DNA of 64,000 bases, taken from the NCBI GenBank assembly GCA_902526865.1, contig CABZMK010000002.1:17534-81533 (forward strand), given 5' to 3'. Shown here one piece after another: positions 19,385-26,485 of this stretch. Origin of the DNA: an uncultured Alphaproteobacteria bacterium. GTDB taxonomy: Bacteria; Pseudomonadota; Alphaproteobacteria; Methylaequorales; Methylaequoraceae. The notes beneath the pieces were generated by a model. The model saw only the letters and a program-made list of their open reading frames with translations. It had not been told where the DNA came from and did no database searches. The position numbers were made by a program, and so were the translations under genes. Each line of letters opens with the position of its first letter. The first letter of the stretch is position 1.

Positions 19385-20764
19385 CTATTGTATTGGTTTG
19401 TTTTTATTCATTAAGCTTTGAATGTCGCCAAATTGACCACTGTTCATCATACTATCTATGTTTTTATTTTTTCCCATTTTTTTCATCATTTGACTCATTT
19501 TTTTAAATTGTTTAAGTAATTTATTAATATCTTGAACATTGGTGCCAGATCCTTTTGAGATTCTTATTTTTCTTGATGCTTTAACTAACTCAGGGTGTAT
19601 CCTTTCTCTAGGAGTCATAGAATTAATGATTGCTTTTTGTTTTTTAAAAACATCATTATTTTCCATTTTTTCTTCCATCTTTTCTTTAAGTCCAGAGAGA
19701 CCAGGTAAGTATTTTAACACACTCTGAATCCCCCCCATATTTGTCAATTGATCAAGTTGTTTAGAATAGTCGAGTAAGGTGAATTTTCCTTTCAGAAATT
19801 TTTGTTGCATTTGTTTAGCTTCTTGTTCGTCTATTTCTTCAGAAGCTTTTTCAACCAAAGTGACGACATCTCCCATTCCTAATATTCTGTTTGCTATTCT
19901 ATCTGGATGAAATAATTCTATGTCGTCTATTTTTTCTCCAGTACCCATAAATTTGATTGGTTTTTGTGTGACATGTCTCATTGAAAGTGCAGCACCGCCT
20001 CTTGAATCACCATCAATTCTTGTTAAGATTATTCCAGTTAAATTAACTTGCTCTGAAAAGTTTTTTGCAGTGTTAACTGCATCTTGCCCTGTCATAGAAT
20101 CTGAAACCAATAATATTTCAGAAAAATTAAACTTTTCCGAAATTTCTTTTACCTCATTCATCATTTTTGTATCTATGTGGTTTCTTCCAGCGCTATCTAA
20201 GATCAAAATGTCACAGTTAGATTTTTTAGCATGGTCAAAAGCTATTTGAGCTATTTGTAATGGTGACTTATTTTCTTGTGATTCTAATGTTGTTATACCG
20301 TTATCTGCTCCAAGTTTTATGAGTTGCTCTTGTGCAGCTGGCCTATATATATCGAGAGATGCCATCATTATATTTTTATTATTGTTTTTAGTTATCCACC
20401 TCGCAAGCTTAGCAGAAGTAGTTGTTTTTCCAGAGCCCTGAAGACCAACCATTAGAAAGAGCACTGGAGTTTTAGCGTTTAGTTTTAAACTATCGTTTTC
20501 AGAACCCAAAAGTTCAGTAAGTTGGTCGTTTACAATTTTTACAATCATCTGATCTGGAGAAATACTTTTTATAACTTCTTGACCAATTGCCTTAGATTTA
20601 ACATTTTCTATAAAATCTTTTGCAACAGAAAGAGATACATCCGATTCAAGTAAGGCTATCCTGATTTCCCTTATCACATTTTGTAAAGAGGAATCGTCAA
20701 TGACACCACTTCCCTTAATTTTATCAAAAATATTAGATATTTTTTTCGTTAGATTTTCAAACAT
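19385..20764 (-). CDS. ffh: Signal recognition particle protein Ffh
   Basis: Contains [21 protein letters not shown] and a Met-rich M domain at the C-terminus. Confidence 0.96.
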   Translation of the reverse strand: MFENLTKKISNIFDKIKGSGVIDDSSLQNVIREIRIALLESDVSLSVAKDFIENVKSKAIGQEVIKSISPDQMIVKIVNDQLTELLGSENDSLKLNAKTPVLFLMVGLQGSGKTTTSAKLARWITKNNNKNIMMASLDIYRPAAQEQLIKLGADNGITTLESQENKSPLQIAQIAFDHAKKSNCDILILDSAGRNHIDTKMMNEVKEISEKFNFSEILLVSDSMTGQDAVNTAKNFSEQVNLTGIILTRIDGDSRGGAALSMRHVTQKPIKFMGTGEKIDDIELFHPDRIANRILGMGDVVTLVEKASEEIDEQEAKQMQQKFLKGKFTLLDYSKQLDQLTNMGGIQSVLKYLPGLSGLKEKMEEKMENNDVFKKQKAIINSMTPRERIHPELVKASRKIRISKGSGTNVQDINKLLKQFKKMSQMMKKMGKNKNIDSMMNSGQFGDIQSLMNKNKPIQ

Positions 20765-20785
20765 TTCTCTTCAATAGTTTCAAAC

Positions 20786-20820
20786 AAAAAAAGCCAGTGC
20801 ACGAAACTCGTGGACTGACT
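20786..20820 (-). terminator. Intrinsic-terminator-like hairpin plus T7 run in the ffh 5' leader (attenuator or sRNA 3' end?)
   Basis: The minus strand reads AGTCAGTCCACGA-GTT-TCGTGCACTGGCT then TTTTTTT. The stem has 13 positions: 11 Watson-Crick pairs (6 G-C), 1 G-U and 1 C-C mismatch. The structure ends 21 nt before the ffh ATG. Confidence 0.4.
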
Positions 20821-20885
20821 GAATTAATTAATTGTGTTTATATCAAAAAAGAATTAATTCTTAAAGTAAATTATTAATAATTACA

Positions 20886-21719
20886 ATGACTGAATTCAAG
20901 TTTTTAAAAGCACACGGCCTGGGTAATGATTTTGTAATTTTTACAGAACATTCAAAATTAAATATTTCTAGGGAGTTAGTGCAGTTTTTATCCGATAGAA
21001 AAAAAGGAGTAGGTTGTGACTTGACGGTTTTTTTGAATAAATCAGATAACAATTATTCTGATCTGATTGCCAGATTTTTCAATAAAGATGGAACAGAGGC
21101 CGAAGTTTGTGGAAATGCATTAAGATGTATAGGAAATTACTACTTTAAAAAATTTAAAAAAACAAATGTAACTGTTGAGACACATTCAGGATTGATCGAT
21201 GTTGAGAAAAATATTAGTGAAAAAATATCAGTTGATCTTGGAAAACCAAATGTTTCGTGGGATAAAATTCCAATTAAAATTGATGTGGATACTCAAAATT
21301 TAGATTTTGATTTTGATTATCTGAAAGGGGGTTTTGCTGTAAATGTTGGAAATCCACATGTAATTTTTTTTGGTGATTATCTTAATGTAAGCGAATTAAA
21401 GAAAGACTCGGAAAAAATCGTTAAAACTAAATTTTTCCCTAATGGTGTAAACATAAGTGTTGTTAAAGTTTTATCCAGAAGTAAGGTGAATATCCTGACA
21501 TATGAAAGAGGTGTTGGAATTACAGAAGCATGTGGTTCTGGAGCTGGAGCTGCAGTTTTTGCTTCCAATAAATTAAATTTTTGTGATAAAAATGTTGAAG
21601 TATCAATGGTTGGAGGCAATCTATTTGTTGAAATAACAAGAGATGAGCATATTTTAACTATCGGAGAGGCAAAAGATGTATTTGAAGGTCAAATTAATTT
21701 GAAGGACTATGTACTATGA
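20886..21719 (+). CDS. dapF: Diaminopimelate epimerase
   Basis: Contains FLKAHGLGNDFVIF and two catalytic Cys motifs (CGNALRC, ACGSGA). Confidence 0.93.
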   Translation: MTEFKFLKAHGLGNDFVIFTEHSKLNISRELVQFLSDRKKGVGCDLTVFLNKSDNNYSDLIARFFNKDGTEAEVCGNALRCIGNYYFKKFKKTNVTVETHSGLIDVEKNISEKISVDLGKPNVSWDKIPIKIDVDTQNLDFDFDYLKGGFAVNVGNPHVIFFGDYLNVSELKKDSEKIVKTKFFPNGVNISVVKVLSRSKVNILTYERGVGITEACGSGAGAAVFASNKLNFCDKNVEVSMVGGNLFVEITRDEHILTIGEAKDVFEGQINLKDYVL

Positions 21720-22954
21720 AGAAAGAAGATACAAAAGTTATTAATCTAGGTTGCAGACTCAATTTTTTTGAGTCAGAAGTTATTAAGAATATTCTTATTC
21801 AGGAAAACTTAGAAAAAAAAATTGTCATAAACACTTGTGCTGTTACAAATCAAGCTGTTCGAAAATCAATTAATGAAGTCAAAAAGGCATCTAGAAAATT
21901 CCCTAACTATCAAATTTATGTAACAGGTTGTGCGAGTCAAGTTAATGAAAAAGTATTCTCAGATTTAAAAAACGTTCATAAAGTTGTTGATAATAAAAGA
22001 AAAACTCTACCTGAAAGTTATACTGATCAAGAAATAAAAGAAGAAAAAGATTTTAATTTTCCTTTCTTAAAAGATTTTTCATCGAGCCGCACAAGAGCAA
22101 TGCTACAAATACAACAGGGATGTGATCACAGATGTACTTTCTGTATAATTCCTTATGGTAGAGGTGACTCCAAAAGCCTGCCATTTGATCAGATCAATAA
22201 ACGAGCTGAGAGATTGATCGAAAGTGGTTATAGTGAAATTGTAATGACAGGGGTTGATTTGACATCCTATGGCATTGATCTTCCAGGAAAGCCTAAACTT
22301 GGGAATATCTTGAGGAGATTGTTAAATTTTCAACCTAAATTAAGAAGATTGAGATTATCCTCAATTGATCCAGCAGAAATTGATGACGATTTGATGGATC
22401 TTCTATTCAAAGAAAAAAGAATACTCCCTCATCTTCATTTATCCCTTCAGTCAGGAGATAATTTAATTCTTAAAAGAATGAAAAGAAGACATAATAGAGA
22501 AGAAGTTATAAAACTTTGCCATGATTTGAGCCTCGTGAGATCTGATTTCACTTTTGGAGCTGATATAATTGTTGGATTCCCTACTGAAACAAACCAAATG
22601 TTTAAAAATACATTAGAATTGGTAGAAACTTGTGAATTTATAAATGTTCATATTTTTCCTTATTCACCTAAAGACGGAACTCCGGCATCAAAAATGCCAC
22701 AGATAAAGGAAGAAGAGAAAACATTAAGAGTAGAGATTCTTAGGAATAAATGCAAAGACATTCTCCATCAAAAATTAAATAAAGAAATTGGAAAGTCTTC
22801 AAGCATCCTTTTTGAATCTCACAAAATGAGTTATTCTGATGGATACTTTAAGGTCAAAACCAAGGAAAGTAAAAATTCTATTAAGCCGGGCTCAATAGCT
22901 AATGTGAAGATTGTATCGCGACAAGCAGATTCATTAATTGCTGAATTAAAATAA
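21716..22954 (+). CDS. mtaB: Radical-SAM tRNA methylthiotransferase, MiaB-like (MtaB)
   Basis: Has the UPF0004 N-terminal domain, the radical-SAM motif CDHRCTFCIIPYGRG, and a TRAM-like C-terminus. It overlaps dapF by 4 nt. Confidence 0.85.
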   Translation: MKKEDTKVINLGCRLNFFESEVIKNILIQENLEKKIVINTCAVTNQAVRKSINEVKKASRKFPNYQIYVTGCASQVNEKVFSDLKNVHKVVDNKRKTLPESYTDQEIKEEKDFNFPFLKDFSSSRTRAMLQIQQGCDHRCTFCIIPYGRGDSKSLPFDQINKRAERLIESGYSEIVMTGVDLTSYGIDLPGKPKLGNILRRLLNFQPKLRRLRLSSIDPAEIDDDLMDLLFKEKRILPHLHLSLQSGDNLILKRMKRRHNREEVIKLCHDLSLVRSDFTFGADIIVGFPTETNQMFKNTLELVETCEFINVHIFPYSPKDGTPASKMPQIKEEEKTLRVEILRNKCKDILHQKLNKEIGKSSSILFESHKMSYSDGYFKVKTKESKNSIKPGSIANVKIVSRQADSLIAELK

Positions 22955-22956
22955 AC

Positions 22957-23868
22957 ATGGTTGTTGGTTGGTTTAAAAAGTTAAAGACAAGTTTATCAAA
23001 ATCATCAGATAAGATATCTGGTGGAATAAAAAAAATCTTAAAAAGTAAAAAGATTGATGAATCCACCTTGCAAGAGTTAGAAGAACTAATGATTTCTTCT
23101 GATCTTGGAGTGGATTCTTCATCAAAAATTATTCAAGAATTAAAAAAATCAAAATTACTCAATCCTAGCTCAGAAAAAGTAAAGGAGATTATAAAAAAAA
23201 AACTAAAAGAGATTCTTGCACCGCTTGAAAAAAAGATTGACTTAACAAAAAATTTATTTGTTATTTTAGTAGTCGGGGTTAATGGAGTTGGAAAAACTGC
23301 AACTATAGGAAAGCTTGCTGAGAAATTTTTAAAAGATGGAAAAAAAGTAGGAATGGTCGCAGCTGACACTTTTCGTGCAGCAGCAGTGGAGCAGCTAAAA
23401 ATTTGGGCAGACAGAACGAAATCTGAGTTTTTCTCTGCAAAAGAACTTTCTGATCCTGCAGCTCTAGCATACAAGTCGGTGATCACAGCAACAGAAAAAA
23501 AACTTGATATTCTTCTTATTGATACAGCTGGAAGATTACATAATAAAACTGATTTAATGAACGAGTTATCAAAAATAATTAGAGTAATAAAAAAAATTGA
23601 CGAATCAATTCCAAGTGAAACTATTTTAATTCTAGATGGGAATATTGGCCAAAACTCGATCAGACAAGCTGAAGTTTTCAAAGAAATTTGCGATATTGAC
23701 AGTCTAATTGTAACGAAGCTTGATGGATCAGCTAAAGGTGGTGCTTTAATTCCAATAGCTGAGAAACTTAAGATTCCAATTTCTTTTATTGGAACCGGTG
23801 AATCAAAAGAAGATTTAGCGCAATTTGATGCCGATCAATTTTGCTCTGCTTTACTTGGTATAGAATAG
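22957..23868 (+). CDS. ftsY: Signal recognition particle receptor FtsY
   Basis: Contains GVNGVGKTATIGKLA, DTAGRL and TKLDGSAKGG. Confidence 0.95.
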   Translation: MVVGWFKKLKTSLSKSSDKISGGIKKILKSKKIDESTLQELEELMISSDLGVDSSSKIIQELKKSKLLNPSSEKVKEIIKKKLKEILAPLEKKIDLTKNLFVILVVGVNGVGKTATIGKLAEKFLKDGKKVGMVAADTFRAAAVEQLKIWADRTKSEFFSAKELSDPAALAYKSVITATEKKLDILLIDTAGRLHNKTDLMNELSKIIRVIKKIDESIPSETILILDGNIGQNSIRQAEVFKEICDIDSLIVTKLDGSAKGGALIPIAEKLKIPISFIGTGESKEDLAQFDADQFCSALLGIE

Positions 23869-25022
23869 TCTCTAGAAATTTTCCACAAATATGAAGGACT
23901 GCTGTCAGATATAACAAGAATATTACCTTCATGATCAATTTCAAAATCTCTTATTCTTCCAATTCTTTTGTCATCTTTTATAATTATTTCTTGGTCAATT
24001 ATTTTAGGTCCCTCAAAAACTAATCTAGCTAATAATTTAGTTTTAGTAGCGCTTACTATTAAATTTTCCTTCCATTCGTAAAAGGTTTCACCCTTATAGA
24101 ATTGAATATTTCCAACAGCGATTGATGGTACCCATGTAATTAAATTTTTGTTGTATATATCTTTAAAGTCTTTTGTTCCAATCCTTCTTCCAGAATATTC
24201 CTTTCCTCCCCAAGCAATATCTTTCCATCCATAATTTCCTGCAAATTTTACAATCCCGATATTATCTCCACCCATTGGACCATGTTGTGAAAAGTATATT
24301 TCACCATTTTTTGGGGAAATAGCCATTCCTTGTGGATTTCTCATGCCTATTTGATAGATCTCGGGTAACCAATCTTCAAAACCCAAGTATGCTGGATTAT
24401 CAGTTGGTATAGTTCCGTCAGTTTTAATTCTAATTATACTACCAGGATGTTTTTGTGGGTTTTGAGCAATCATTCCTTTATCTCTCTCACCAAAACCCAC
24501 AAATAAAAAATCATCCTTAATAACAATCCTTGCTCCCCAGTGTTTGTCGGTATCAAGTTTAGGTTTTGCTATCAATAACGTTTCTAAGTCTACAATCTCG
24601 TTATTTTGAAGTTTACCTCGTGCTACAGCAGTGCTTGAGTAGTTTGATAATCTTCCAATCTTTATTTTGTCTTTGAAATCATGACTGTAGGTAAAATATA
24701 TGTAACCGTCAGAATGTTTATAGACATCTAACAATCCACCTTGACCATGTTTAAATTCGATGTGTGGAATCTTATGCTTTATTTGAATACGGTTACCATT
24801 GGAGGTATTGATCTTGAATATGTTGCCTTTTTTTTCAGTCACAAGAATATTATCTCTGTCTAAAAATGTAATTGCCCAAGGATAGTGAAATTTTTCTTGC
24901 GATATTTTTTGAATATTAAGATTTATTTTTGATTTTTTATAAGTTTTATAGTCACTAAAATCGTTACTGTTAGAAATTGAAAAAAAAAAAGTATAAATTA
25001 ATAAAAAAAAGACATGTATCAT
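23835..25022 (-). CDS. PQQ-dependent sugar dehydrogenase (soluble aldose dehydrogenase, YliI/sGDH family), secreted
   Basis: Has an N-terminal signal peptide and beta-propeller motifs GMRNPQGMA...HGPMGGDNIGIVKFAGNYGW. Its 3' end overlaps the ftsY 3' end by 34 nt. Confidence 0.8.
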   Translation of the reverse strand: MIHVFFLLIYTFFFSISNSNDFSDYKTYKKSKINLNIQKISQEKFHYPWAITFLDRDNILVTEKKGNIFKINTSNGNRIQIKHKIPHIEFKHGQGGLLDVYKHSDGYIYFTYSHDFKDKIKIGRLSNYSSTAVARGKLQNNEIVDLETLLIAKPKLDTDKHWGARIVIKDDFLFVGFGERDKGMIAQNPQKHPGSIIRIKTDGTIPTDNPAYLGFEDWLPEIYQIGMRNPQGMAISPKNGEIYFSQHGPMGGDNIGIVKFAGNYGWKDIAWGGKEYSGRRIGTKDFKDIYNKNLITWVPSIAVGNIQFYKGETFYEWKENLIVSATKTKLLARLVFEGPKIIDQEIIIKDDKRIGRIRDFEIDHEGNILVISDSSPSYLWKISRDYSIPSKAEQN

Positions 25023-25075
25023 CTAGAAATATATATTAATTAGTAAAATTATATTAAACTAATTTTTTAATAAAA

Positions 25076-25528
25076 ATGGATAAAAGTTACTATCTCAAGA
25101 AGCATGGATATTTTTTAGAGGACTTAAAAATTAATCAGGAAGCTCATTACAAAAAAAAAATTTCCGAAAACGATATCAATCTTTTTGCAAAGGTATCTGG
25201 TGATAATAATCCAATTCACATGGACGACAAATTTGCTCGAAGCTCCATTTTTAAAAAAAGAATTGCACACGGTTTTTTATCAGGAAGTCTAATTTCAACT
25301 GTTATAGGGACACAACTTCCAGGCCCTGGAAGTATTTATTTGAATCAGACTTTAAAATTCCTAGCTCCTGTTTTTATAGGAGATACAATAACTGCAATAG
25401 TTACAATTAAGAAAATCGAAATTGAAAAGAGAAAAGTCAATTTATTAACTGAATGTTTTAATTCAAAACAAAAAATTCTTACAGGACAAGCTGATATTTT
25501 AGTTTCGAAAAAAAAAGATTTTGTCTAA
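25076..25528 (+). CDS. MaoC-like (R)-specific enoyl-CoA hydratase (PhaJ-like)
   Basis: Single hotdog domain of 150 aa with a DNNPIHMD...IAHGFL motif. Confidence 0.8.
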   Translation: MDKSYYLKKHGYFLEDLKINQEAHYKKKISENDINLFAKVSGDNNPIHMDDKFARSSIFKKRIAHGFLSGSLISTVIGTQLPGPGSIYLNQTLKFLAPVFIGDTITAIVTIKKIEIEKRKVNLLTECFNSKQKILTGQADILVSKKKDFV

Positions 25529-26485
25529 ATGAGAGTTTTTAGAACAACAAAAATTCCTCAAGAATATATGAATTCTACGATAGCAATAGGTAACTTTGAT
25601 GGAGTGCATCAGGGGCATCAGGCCGTAATAAACACAGCAAAGAAAAATTCAAAAACTAAAAACACTAAATTTGGTGTTTTAACATTTGAGCCACATCCAA
25701 AATGTTATTTTAACAAACAATATGATTATTTCAGGCTAACTCCATTTAGAGAAAAATTTGAAATTTTCAAATTAGCAAAAATAGATTTTTTAATAAACAT
25801 TAAATTCGATCACACATTTTTAAATAAAACTGCGATATCTTTTATTGAAATTGATCTAATTAAAAACCTTCGCGTAAACACTGTTGTAACAGGATTTGAT
25901 TTCGTTTTTGGAAATAAAAAAATGGGGAATGTAAAATATATTCATGATTACGTAAACAAGACAAAAGCTTTTAATTTTATTGTTGTTCCTGAGGTACGAA
26001 ATTCTGATAATGTTGAAATCTCCTCTTCAAACGTAAGAGCATTATTGAAAAGAGGCGATTTAGATCAAGCTAATGATTTATTGACACGAAAGTGGTCTAT
26101 CACAGGAAACATTCAAAAAGGTGAAAAAAAAGCAAGGCAAATTGGGTTTAGAACAGCTAACATTAAGACTAATAAGTTTTGTCAAATTAGAAGAGGTGTT
26201 TACTCAGTAATACTAAAGATTCCAAAGAAATTTGGGGAGAAAAAACTATTCGGCATTGCGAACTTTGGAATTAAACCTACATTTAACAAAACAAATCCTC
26301 TGCTTGAAGTGCACATTTTTAACTTCGATAATGATATTTATCATGAAAGAATAAAAGTAACTTTTTACAAGTTTATAAGAGAGGAAAAAAAATTTGAATC
26401 AGTTGAGAAATTAAAGGATCAGATTATAAAAGATATTAATCAAGTAAAAAATGACAAACTATTCAAAAACAATCAATCTTCCTAA
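25529..26485 (+). CDS. ribF: Bifunctional riboflavin kinase / FAD synthetase
   Basis: Contains IGNFDGVHQGHQ (nucleotidyltransferase) and a C-terminal riboflavin kinase domain. Sits in ribF-ileS-lspA synteny. Confidence 0.93.
   Translation: MRVFRTTKIPQEYMNSTIAIGNFDGVHQGHQAVINTAKKNSKTKNTKFGVLTFEPHPKCYFNKQYDYFRLTPFREKFEIFKLAKIDFLINIKFDHTFLNKTAISFIEIDLIKNLRVNTVVTGFDFVFGNKKMGNVKYIHDYVNKTKAFNFIVVPEVRNSDNVEISSSNVRALLKRGDLDQANDLLTRKWSITGNIQKGEKKARQIGFRTANIKTNKFCQIRRGVYSVILKIPKKFGEKKLFGIANFGIKPTFNKTNPLLEVHIFNFDNDIYHERIKVTFYKFIREEKKFESVEKLKDQIIKDINQVKNDKLFKNNQSS

Noticed and set aside
20781-20885. Possibility that the structured element next to ffh is the SRP (4.5S) RNA gene
   Set aside because: The spacer is only 121 nt. 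The hairpin loop is GUU rather than a GNRA/GGAA tetraloop, and I see no conserved domain IV internal-loop motifs (AGCA/GGAA-type). It does not resemble ffs.
23133-23681. 182-aa ORF antisense to ftsY, surprisingly long for an AT-rich genome
   Set aside because: Its codons are offset by one position from the ftsY codons. In that antisense frame a stop requires a sense codon starting TA or CA (Tyr, His or Gln) preceded by a T- or C-ending codon. Those residues are rare in this K/E/I/L-rich stretch of ftsY. The product is F/S/I-rich low complexity, the mirror of K/E codons. I treat it as a frame artefact, not a gene.
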